A stretch of 64,000 nucleotides of DNA, from NCBI GenBank assembly GCA_964016885.1, contig OZ024741.1, forward strand, positions 314,216,001-314,280,000, given 5' to 3'. The position numbers and the translations under genes were made by a program. Origin of the DNA: Eledone cirrhosa. Taxonomy: Eukaryota. Position 1 is the first letter of the stretch; every line of letters starts with the position of its first letter. The notes under the pieces are model-generated. The model did not search any database. It saw only the letters and a program-made list of their open reading frames with translations, and was not told the DNA's origin. This document shows, one piece after another, positions 22,001 through 34,000 of this stretch.

Positions 22001-25000
22001 TTGGGTGTCAATTTTTTATTTGGGGTTATCCATATTTTCTTGGGGGTTCCGTTTATTATTTGGGGGTATCCGTTTTTCATTTGGAGGGGTTCCGTATTCT
22101 ATTGGGGTGGGGCCTGTTTTTTATTTGGGGTTCCATTTTTTATTTGGAGGGTTCCGTTTTTTATTTGGGCGGGACCCATTTTTAATTTGTGTGTCCGATA
22201 TTTGGGGGGTCCATTATTTATATGGGGGGGCATTCGTTCATATTTCAAAGGGATCCGTTTTTAGATGGGGTTTCCGTTTTTCAATTGGAGGGTCCATCTT
22301 TTATCTGGCGGGATACGTTTTTCATTTGGAGGGGATACGTTTTATATTTGTGGGGTCCGTTTTTTATTTGGGCGTTCCGTTTATTATTTAGGCGGGACCC
22401 GTCTTTTATTTTGGGGATCTGTTTTTTTATTTGGGGATCCGTTTTTTATTTGCGATGTCCGTTTTTTATTTGGGGGATTCAGTTGTTCTATATGGGAGAT
22501 ACGTTTTTGTTTTGGGTGTCCATTTTTTGTTTCTGGGGATCTGTTTTTATTTGGGGTATCGCTTTTTGGGGGGTTTATTTTAGGGGATCCGTTTTTATTT
22601 GGGGCGGATCCATTTTTTATTTGAGGGATTGGTTTTTTATTTGGGCGGTCCGCTTTTTATTTGTGGGATACGTTTTTGTTTGGGGGATCGGTTTTTTTAT
22701 TTGGGGGGGATACGTATTCTTTTTGGCCAGGATCCGTTTTTTATTTTTGGGGGATCGGTTTTTTATTTTGAGGGATCCGTTTCTTATTTTTGGGATCCGT
22801 TTTTTATACTTTGGGGTCCGTTTTTTATTTGTGGGAGATCCGTTTTTTTTTATTAAGAGGGGATACGTTTTTTATTTAAGTGGGTCCGTTTTTTATTTGG
22901 GGGGGGTCAGTTTTTTTATATGGGGATCGATTTTTTATTTGGGTGGTCCGTTTTTCATTTGGGGTGGTCCGTTTTTTATTTGGGGTGATACGTTTTCGTT
23001 TGGGGTGTCAGTTTTTTGTTTGTTTGTATCCATTTTTATTTGGGAGAATCTGTTTTTTATTTGGGGGGATACGTTTTTGATTGGGGTGTCTGGTTTTGTT
23101 TGTTTGTAACCATTTTTATTTGGGAAAATCCGTTTTTCATTTTGAGAGGTTCCGTGTTATATTTGGGTGATTATTTTTTTAACTTTTGCGGTCCGTTTTT
23201 AATATTTTGGCTCCGTTTTTATGCGGGGTATTCGTATTTTATTTTGAGGGGATCCGTTTTTTATATCGGAGGGTTCCGTTTTTTTGTTTGGGGGTCCGTT
23301 TTTTATTTGGGGTTATCCATATTTTCTTGCGGGGTCCGTTTTTATTTGGGGTGATCCGTTTTTATTTTGGGGTCCTTTTCTATTTAGGGGGTCCGTTTTT
23401 TGTTTGGGTGTCCGATTTTTAGTTGGGTGCCTGTTTTTTAATTGCGGAGGATCAGATTTTTTTTTGGGGGGGGCCTTTATTTCTTTGGGGATCCATTTTT
23501 TATTTCGGAGGCATCCGTTTTTTTTATTTCGATGGGATCCGTTTTTTATTTGGGGGGATCCGTATTCTATTGGTGTAGGGCCCGTTTCTTATTTGGGCGT
23601 CCGTTTTATTTAGGGGGTTCGTTATTTATTTGGGGAATCCGTTTTTATTTGGGGGTTCCGTTTTTCATTTTGAGGGGATTCATTTTTTATCTAGCGGGAT
23701 ACGTTTTTCATTTGGAGGGGATTCGTGTTTTATTTGGTGCTCCGTTTTGTATTAGGGGGATCTATTTTTATTTGGGGGTCCGTTATTTATTTGGGGAATT
23801 GGGTCTTATATTTGGGGGTCAGTTTTTTATTTGGGTGGGACCGGTTTTTTATTTAGGGGATCCGTTTTTTATTTGGGGGATCCGTTTTTTATTTAGCATG
23901 TCTGTTTTTTATTTGGGGGATTCAGTTTTTTCGGGGGATACGCTTAAGTTTGGGGTGTCCTTTTTTGTTTTCGGGGATCTCTTCTTTATTTTGGGGGATC
24001 CGTTTTTGTTTGGGGTGTCCATTTTTTTGTTTTGGGGGTCTCTTTTTTATTTGGGGGATCGGTTCTTTGTTTGGGGGTCTGTTTTTTATATGGGGGATCC
24101 GTTTTTTATTTGGGATGTCCCTTTTTTATTTGGCGGATAAGTTTTTTTATTTTGGGTGATCCGGTTTTTATTTTGAGGGGATCCGTTTTTTTATTTGGGG
24201 TATCATTTTTGGGGGGGGGTGGTCCTCTCTTGTTTTGGGGGGATCCGTTTTCATTTGTGGCGGATCGATTTTTTATTTGAGGGATCGGTTTTTTATTTGG
24301 TGTCCGTTTTTTATTTGGGCTTTCCAATTTTTAATAGGGGGTTCAGTTTTTATTTGGGTGGGACCCGTTTTTTATTTTGGGGATCCGTTTTTAATTTGGG
24401 GGATCTATTTTTTATTTGGGGAATCCGTTTTTATCTAGCGGGATACGTTTTTCATTTGGAGGGGATTCGTGTTTTATATGGGGCTCCGTTTTGTATTAGG
24501 GTATCGATTTTTTATTTGGTGGCTCCTTTATTTATTTGGGGAATTGGGCCTTATATTTGGGCGTTCCAATTTTTAATGGGGGGTTCAGTTTTTATTTGGG
24601 TGGGACCCGTTTTTTTATTTTGGGGATCCGTTTTTTATTTGGGGGATCTGTTTTTTATTTGGGATGTCCGTTATTGATTTGGGGTTTCATTTTTTTATTT
24701 GGGGTATACGTTTTTATTTGGGGTGACCATTTTTTGTTTTTGAGGATTTGTTTTTTATTTGGGGGATCGGCTTTTCATTTTGAGGGGATATGTTTTTTAT
24801 TTTGGGGGGATATGTTTTTTATTTGGGGTATCGTTTTTTGTGGGGGTGGGGCGTCTTTTATTTTGGGGGAATCCGTTTTTATTTTTGGGCGGATCCATTT
24901 TTTATTTGAGTGATCTGTTCTTTTATTTGGGGCCTCCGACTTTTATTTGGGGGGTTCCGACTTTTATTTGGTGGATACGTTTTGGTTTGGGGGATCCGCT

Positions 25001-28000
25001 TTTTATTTGGGGGGATACGCAATCTTTTTGGCCCGGATCCGTTTTTTACTTGGAGGGATCCGTTTTTATTTCGGGTATCGTCTTTTATTTTGGGGGTCCG
25101 TTTTCTATACTTTGGGTTCCGTTTTTAATTCGTGGGAGGTCCGTTTTTTAATTAAGAGGGGATATATTTTTTATTTAAGTTGGTCCGTTTTTTATTTGGG
25201 GGTTGGGTCAGTTTTTTATTTAGGGATCGATTTTTTATTTGGGTGGTCCTTATTTCATTTGAGGTGTTCCGTTTTTATTTGGGGGGATATGTTTTTGTTT
25301 GGGGTGTCAGTTTTTTGTTTGTTTGTATCCATTTTTATTTGGGAGAATCCGTTTTTCATTTTGAGAGGATCGTTTTATATTTGAGGGATTCCTTTTTTAT
25401 TTTTACGGTCCGTTTTTAATATTTTGGTTCCGTTTTTATTCGGGGGTATTTTATTTTGAGGTTTTTTTTATTTTGAATTGATCCGTTTTTTATATTGGAG
25501 GGTTCCGTTTTTTTGTTTGGGGGTCCGTTTTTTATTTGGGGTTATCCATATTTTCTTGTGGGTTCCGTTTTTATTTGGGGGGATCCGTTTTTATTTTGGG
25601 GTCAATTTTGATTTAGGGGTCCGGTTTTTGTTTGTGTGTCCGTTTTTTAATTTGGTGCCCGTTTTTTATTTGCGGAGGATCCGTTTTTTGGGGGGGAGGT
25701 CCCTTTTTTTCTTTGCAGATCCATTTTTTTATTTGGGAGGCATCCGTTTTGTAATTTCGATGGGATCCGTTTTTTATTGGGGGGGGATCCGTATTCTATT
25801 GGTGTAGGGCCACTTTCTTATTTCGGGGTCCGTTTTTTATTTAGGGGGTTCGTTATTTATTTGGGGAATCCGTTTTTATTTGGGGGTTTCCGTTTTTCAT
25901 TTGGACGGGATTCATTTTTTATCTAGCGGGATACGTTTTTCATTTGGAGGGGATTCGTGTTTTATTTGGGGCTCCGTTTTGTATTAGGGGGATCGATTTT
26001 TTATTTGGGGGGGTCCTTTATTTATTTGGGGAATTGGGCCTTATATTTGGGGGTCAGTCTTTTATTTGGGTGGGACCGGTTTTTTATTTAGGGGATCCGT
26101 TTTTTATTTGGGGGATACGTTTTTGTTTGGGGTGTCCATTTTTTGTTTTCGGGGATCTCTTCTTTATTTTGGGGGATCCGTTTTTGTTTGGGGTGTTCAT
26201 TTTTTTGTTTTGGGGGTCTCTTTTTTATTTGGGGGATCGGTTTCTTGTTTGGGGTCTGTATTTTATTTGGGGGATCCGTTTTTTATTTGGGATGTACCTT
26301 TTTTATTTGGCGGATAAGTTTTTTATTTGGTGTGATCGGGTTTTTATTTTGAGGGGATCCGTTTTTTATTTGGGGTATCATTATTTGGGGGGTTGGTCCT
26401 TTTTTATTTTGGGGGGATCCGTTTTTATTTGGGGCGGATCGATTTTTTATTTGAGGGATCGGTTTTTTATTTTGGGTCCGTTTTTTATTTGGGGTCCGTT
26501 TTTTATTTGGGGCGTTCCAATTTTTAATGGGATGTTCAGTTTTTATTTGGCTGGGACCCGTTTTTTATTTTGGGGATCCGTTTTTTATTTGGGGGATCTG
26601 TTTCTTATTTGGGATGACCGTTTTTGATTTGGGGTTTCAGTTTTTTATTTGGGGTATACGTTTTTATTTTCTGGTGTCCATTTTTTGTTTTTGGGGATTT
26701 CTTTTTTATTTGGGGGATCGGCTTTTCATTTTGAGGTGATATGTTTTTTTATTTTGAGGGGATATGTTTTTTATTTGGGGTATTGTTTTTGTGTGGGGGG
26801 GGGCGTTTTTTTATTTTGGGGGAATCCGTTTTTATTTTGGGGCGGATCCATTTTTCATTTGAGTGATCTGTTTTTTTATTTGGGGGCTCCAACTTTTATT
26901 TGGGGGGAGGGTCCGACTTTTATTTGGAGGGGGGTCCGACTTTTATTTGGGGGATACGTTTTGGTTTGGAGGATCCGTTTTTTATTTGGGGGGATACGCA
27001 ATCTTTTTGGCCCGGATCCGTTTTTTATTCGGAGGGATCCGTTTTTATTTCGGGTATCGTCTTTTATTTTCGGGGTCCGTTTACTATACTTTGGGTTCCG
27101 TTTCTTATTCGGGGGAGATCCGTTTTTTAATTAAGAGGGGATACATTTTTTATTTAAGTGCGTCCGTTTTTTATATGGGGGGTGGGTCAGTTTTTTATTT
27201 GGGGATCGATTTTTTATTTGGGTGGTCCGTTTTTCATTTGGGGTGTTCCGTTTTTTATTTGGGGTGATATGTTTTTGTTTGGGGTGTCAGTTTTTTGTTT
27301 GTATCCATTTTTATTTGGGAGAATCCGTTTTTCATTTTGAGAGGATCGTTTTACATGTGGGGGATTCCTTTTTTATTTTTACTGTCCGTTTTTAATATTT
27401 TGGTTCCGTTTTTATTCGGGGGTATTTTATTTTGAGGGTTTTTTTTATTTTGAGGGGACCGTTTTTTATATTGGAGGGTTACGTTTTTTTGTTTGGGGGT
27501 CCGTTTTTTATTTGGGGTTATCCATATTTTCTTGTGGGTTCCGTTTTTATTTGGGGGTCCATTTCTATTTAGGCGTCCGTTTTTTGTTTGGGTGTCCGTT
27601 TTTTATTTGGGTGCCCGTTTTTTATTTGCGGAGGATCCGTTTTTTTGGAGGGAGGTCACTTTTTTTCTTTGCAGATCCATTTTTTTATTTGGTAGGCATC
27701 CGTTTTGTAATTTCGATGGGATCCGTTATTTATTTGGGGAATCCGTTTTTATTTGGGGGTTCCGTTTTTCATTTGGAGGGGATTCATTTTTTATTTAGCG
27801 GGATACGTTTTTCATTTGTAGGGGATTCGTGTTTTATTTGGGGCTCCGTTTTGTATTAGGGTGATCGATTTTGTATTTGAGGGGTCCGTTATTTATTTGG
27901 GGAATTGGGCCTTATATTTGGGGGTCAGTTTTTTATTTGGGTGGGACCGGTTTTTTATTTAGGGGATCCGTTTTTTATTTGGCGGATCTGTTTTTTATTT

Positions 28001-31000
28001 GGGATGACCGTTTTTGATTTGGGGTTTCATTTTTTTTATTTGGGGTATACGTTTTTATTTGGGGTGTCCATATTTTGTTTTGGGGGCTTTGTTTTTTATT
28101 TGGGGGATCGGCTTTTCATTTTGAGGGGATATGTTTTTTTATTTTGAGGGGATATGTTTTTTATTTGGAGTATCGTTTTTTGTGGGGGGTGGCGTTTTTT
28201 ATTTTGGGGGAATCTGTTTTTAATTTTGGGCGGATCCATTTTTTATTTGAGTGATCTGTTTTTTTATTTGGAGGCTCCGACTTTTATTTGGGGGATACGT
28301 TTTGGTTTGGAGAATCCGTTTTTTTATTTGGGGGGATACGCAATCTTTTTGGCCTGGATCCGTTTTTTATTTGGAGGGATCCGTTTTTATTTCGGGTATC
28401 GTCTTTTATTTTTGGCGTCCGTTTTCTATACTTTGGGTTCCGTTTTTTATTCGGGGGAGTTCCGTTTTTTAATTAAGAGGGGATACATTTTTTATTTAAG
28501 TGGGTCCGTTTTTTATTTGGGGGGTGGGTCAGTTTTTTATTTGGGGATCGATTTTTTATTTGGGTGGTCCGTTTTTCATTTGGGGTGTTCCGTTTTTTAT
28601 TTGGGGGGATATGTTTTTGTTTGGAGTGTCAGTTTTTTGTTTGTTTGTATACATTTTTATTTGGGAGAATCCGTTTTTCATTTTGAGAGGATCGTTTTAT
28701 ATTTGGGGGATTCCTTTTTTATTTTTACGGTCCGTTTTTAATATTTTGGTTCCGTTTTTATTCGGGGGTATTTTATTTTGAGGGTTTTTTTATTTTGAGG
28801 GGATCCGTTTTTTATATTGGAGGGTTCCGTTTTTTTGTTTGGGGGTCCGTTTTTTATTTGGGGTTATCCATATTTTCTTGTGGGTTCCGTTTTTATTTGG
28901 GGGGATCCGTTTTTATTTTGGGGTCCATTTCTATTTAGGGGTCCGTTTTTTGTTTGGGTTTCCGTTTTTTATTTGGGTGCCCGGTTTTTTATTTGCGGAG
29001 GATCCGTTTTTTTTTTAGGGAGATCCCTTTTTTCTTTGCGGATCCATTTTTTTATTTGGGAGGCATCCGTTTTGTAATTTCGATGGGATCCGTTTTTTAT
29101 TTGGGGGGATCCATTTTTTATTTGGAGGGCATCCGTATTCTATTGGTGTGGGGCCCGTTTCTTATTTGGGGGTCCGTTTTTTATTTGGGGGTCCGTTATT
29201 TATTTGGGGTTCCGTTTTTATTTGGGGGTTCCGTTTTTCATTTGGATGGGGGTTCATTTTTTATCTAGCAGGATACGTTTTTCATTTGGAGGGGATCCGT
29301 GTTTTATTTGGGGCTCCGTTTTTTATTTGGGGGATCGATTTTTTATTTGGGGTGTCCGTTATTTATTAAGGGAATTGGCTCTTTTATTTGGGGGTCAGTT
29401 TTTTACTTGGGTGGGATCGGTTTTTTATTTAGGGTATCCGTTTTTTATTTGGGGGATACGTTTTTGTTTGGGGTTTTTCACTGTTTTTGTTTTGGGGGAT
29501 CTCTTTTTTATTTTGGGGGATCCGTTTTTGTTTGGGGTGTCCATTATTTGTTTTTAGGATCTCTTTCTTATTTGGGGTAACGGTTTTTTTTGGGGGGGGG
29601 GGCGTTTTCTTATTTTTGGGGTGTTCCGTTTTTATTTGGGTGATCGGTTTTTTATTTGGGGCTCCCTTTTTATTTGGGGCGTTCCAATTTTTATGTGGCG
29701 GGTCAGTTTTTTATTTGGGTGATCCGTTTATTATTTGGTGGATCCGTTTTTTATTTGGGGGATACGTTTTTGTTTGGGGTGTCCATTTATTTCTTTTAGG
29801 GCTCTTTTTTTTGGGGGGGGTCGGTTTTTTATTTTGAGGGGATCCGATTTTTATTTGGGGTATCGTTTTTGGGGGGTGGTCCGTTTTTTATTTTGGGGAA
29901 TCCGTTTTTATTTGGGGCGTTCCAATTTTTATTTGGAGGTTCAGTTTTTTATTTGGGTCGGACCCGTTTATTATTTTGGGGATCAGTTTTTTATTTGGGG
30001 GATCCGTTTTTATTTGGGATGTCCGTTTTTTATTTGGGGGATTCAGTTTTTTTATTTGGGGGATACGTTTTTGTTTGGGGTGTCCATTTCTTGTTTTGGG
30101 GATCTAATTTTGGGGGAGGATCGGATTTTTATTTTGAGGGGATCCGTTTTATATTTGGGGTATCGTTTTTTTTGGGGGGGTGCGTTTTATTTTGGGTGGA
30201 TCCGTTTTTATTTTGGGCGGATCTATTTTTTAATTGAGGGGTACGACTTTTATTTGGGGGGTCCGTTTTTATTGGGGGGGGGGATACGTATTCTTTTTGG
30301 CCGGGATCCGTTTTTTATTTGGGTTGATCTGTTTTTTATGTTGAGGGATCCTTTTTTTATTTCGGGTATTGTTTTTTTTATTTTTGGGGTCCGTCTTTTA
30401 TACTTTGGGGTCCGTTTTTTATTCGGTGGAGATCCGTTTTTTTTATTAAGAGGGGATACGTTTTGTATTTAAGTGGGTCCGTTTTTTATTTGGGGTGTCA
30501 GTTTTTGTTTGTTTGTAACCATTTTTATTTGGGAGAATCCGTTTTTCATTTTGAGAGGATCGGTTTTATATTTGAGGGATTCCTTTTTGGGTCCGTTTTT
30601 GTTCGGGTGTATCCGTTTTTTATTTTGAGGGGATCCATTTTTTATATTGGAGGGTTCCGTTTTTTGTTTGGGGTCCGTTTTTATTTGTGGTTATCCATAC
30701 TTTCTTGTGGGGTCCGTTTTTATTTGGGGGGGATCCGTTTTTATTTTGGGTTCCTTTCTATTTAGGGGGTCCGTTTTTTGTTTGGGTACCCGTTTTTTTA
30801 ATTGGGTGCCCGTTTCTTATTTGCGGAGGAATTCGTTTTTATTTGGGGGTTCCGTTTTTCATTTGGAGGTGGTTCATTTTTTATCTGGCGGGATACGTTT
30901 TCATTTGGAGGGGATCCGTGTTTTATTTGGGGGTCCGTTTTTTTTGGGGGGGATCGATTTTTTATTTGGGGGGTCCGTTATTTATTTGGGGCATCGGGTC

Positions 31001-34000
31001 TTTTATTTGGGGGATACGTCTTTGTTTGGGGGGATGCATTTTTTTTTATTTGGAGGAATCGGATTTTATTTTGAGGGGATCCGTTTTTTTGTTTAGGGGT
31101 CCGTTTTTTATTGGGGCGGTCCTTTTTGTTTGGCGGTCCGGTTTTTTATTTGGAGGCATCAGTTTTTTATTTGGGAGCATCCGATTTTTATTTGGAGGTT
31201 AATTTTTTATTTGGGGATCCGTTTTTTATTTGGGGGGATATGTTTTCTATTTTGAAGGGATCCGTTTATATTTTTGGTTTCGTTTTTTTTGGGGGGTGGG
31301 GGGCGTTTTTTTATTTTGGGGGGCTCCGTTTTTATTTGGGGCGGATCCATTTTTTATTTGAGGGATCCATTTTTTATTTGGATGTCCGTTTTTTATTTGG
31401 GGCATTCTAAATTTTATTTGGGGAGGAAGTTTTTTATTTGGGTCGAACCCGTTTTTTATTTTGGGGATCCGTTTTTTATTGGGGGGGTCCGTTTTTTATT
31501 TGGGGGATTCAGTTTTTTTATTTGGGGGATACGTTTTTGTTTGGTGTGTCCATTTCTTGTTTTTGGGGATCTGATTTTTATTTGGGGGGATCGGTTTTTT
31601 ATTTTGAGGTATTCGTTTTTTATTTCGGGTATCGTTTTTCATTTTTGGGGTCCGTTTTTTATAATTTGGGGTCCGCTTTTTATTCGGAGACATCCGTTTT
31701 TTTTATTAAGAGGGGATCGGTTTTTTATTTGAGTAGGTCCGTTTTTTATTTGGGGGGATACATATTTTATTTAGGGTCTGTTTTTTATTTTAGGTGTCCG
31801 TATTCTATTTGTGTACCCGGTTTTTATATTGGAGGATCCGTTTTGTGGGGGGAGAGGTCCCTTTTTTCGTTGGGATCCGTTTTTTTTTATTTGGGAGGCA
31901 TCCGTATTTTTATTTCGATGGGATCCGTTTTTTGTTTGGGGGATCCATTTTTTTTTATTTGGGGTCATCGGATTTTATTTTGAGGGGATCCGTTTTTTAT
32001 TTGGGTGATTGTTTTATATTTTTGGGGTCGGTTTTTTTATTTTAGGGGTCCGTTTTAAATTCTGGGGAGATCCGCTTATTATTTTCAGAGGATACGTTTT
32101 TTATTGGGGGATCGTCGTTTATTTTTGGAGTGCGTTTTTCATTTGGCGTTGTCCTTTTTATTTAGGGGACCGTTTTTTATTGGGGCGGTCCTTTTTTTAT
32201 TTAGCGATCCGATTTTATATTTTGAGGTATCCGTTTTTTATTTGGAGGGATCAGTTTTTTATTTGGGGGCGTCCGATTTTTATTTGGAGGAGATCAATTT
32301 TTATTTGGGGATCCGTTTTTTTATTTGGGGGGATACGTTTTCTATTTTGAAGGGATCCGTTTTTTATGTGAGTGTTCCGTTTATTATTTGGGCGGGACTC
32401 GTCTTTTATTTGGGGGGATCGGTTTTTATTTGTGGCTGGTCCATTTTTTATTTGGGCGATCGGTTTTTTATTTGGGGGAGTCCGTTTTTTATTTAGTCGG
32501 ATCCGTTTTTCTTTCGGAGGGGATCCGTTTTTTTATTTGGGGGGATACGTTTTTCTTTGGGCGTCCGTTTTTGTTTGGAGCTATCCATTTTTATTTGGGA
32601 GGATCCGTTTTTCATTTTGAGATCCGTTTTATATTTAGCTGATCCCTTTTTTTATTTTTGGGGTCGGTTTTTAATATTTGGGCTCCGTTTTTATTCGCAT
32701 GGTATCCGTTTTTTTTATTTTGCGGGGAACCCTTTTTTATATTGGGGGTTCCGTTTTTTTGTTTGGGTGTCCGATTTTTATTTGGGGGGATCCGTTTTTA
32801 ATTTGGAGGGGATCCGTATTCAATTGGGGTGGGGCCTGTTTTTATTTGGGGGGTACATTTTTATTTGGAGGGATCCGTTTTTTATTTGAGCGGGCCCCAT
32901 TTTTTATTTGGGTGTCCGACTTTTGCGGGGGTCCATTTTTTATTTGGGTGTACCGTTTATTTTTGGGGGCGTTCCAATTTTTATTTGGGGGGTCAGGTTT
33001 TTATTTGGAAGGGACCGGTTTTTTATTTTGGGGATCCGTTTTTTATTTGGCGGATCTGTTTTTTATTATTTTCAGAGGATACGTTTTTTATTGAGGGATC
33101 CTTGTTTATTTTTGGAGTACGTTTTTTATTTGTGGTTGTACGCTTTTTATTTAGGGGACCGTTTTTTATTGGGGCAATCTTTTTTTTTATTTGGTGGTCC
33201 GGTTTTTTATTTTGAGGTATCGTTTTTTATTTGGAGGATCAGTTTTTTATTTGGGGGCATCCGATTTTTATTTGGAGGAGATCAATTTTTATTTGGGGAT
33301 CCGTTTTTTATTTGGGGGGATACGTTTTCTATTTTGAAGGGATCCGTTTTTTATGTGAGTGTTCCGTTTATTATTTGTGCGGGACTCGTCTTTTATTTGA
33401 GGGATCGGTTTTTTATTTTGAGGTGATCCGTTTTTATTTGGTGGTTCGTTTTTTATTTTTGGTGTCCGTTTTTTATTTTGGGGGTATCCGTTTATTTTTT
33501 GGTCGGTCCGTTTTTTACTGGGGATCCGTTTTTTATTTATGGGGTCCGTTTTTTATTCAGGGGTCTGTTCCTTATTGGGTCTCCGTTTTTTTTTCGCGGG
33601 GAATCCGTTTTTATTCGGGGCGGGTCCATTTTTTATTTGGGGATCGGTTTTTTATTTGTGGGTTCCGTTTTTTATTCAGGGGTCCGTTTCTTATTGGGTG
33701 TCCGTTTTTTATTCGCGGGGAATCCGTTTTTATTTGTGGCTGGTCCATTTTTTATTTGGGCGATCGGTTTTTTATTTGGGGGAGTCCGTTTTTTATTTGG
33801 TCGGATCCGTTTTTCTTTCGGAGGGGATCCGTTTTTTTTATTTGGGGGGATACGTTTTTCTTTGGGCGTCTGTTTTTGTTTGGAGGTATCCATTTTTATT
33901 TGGGAGGATCCGTTTTTCATTTTGAGATCCGTTTTATATTTAGCTGATCCCTTTTTTTATTTTTGGGGTCCGTTTTTAATATTTGGGCTCCGTTTTTATT

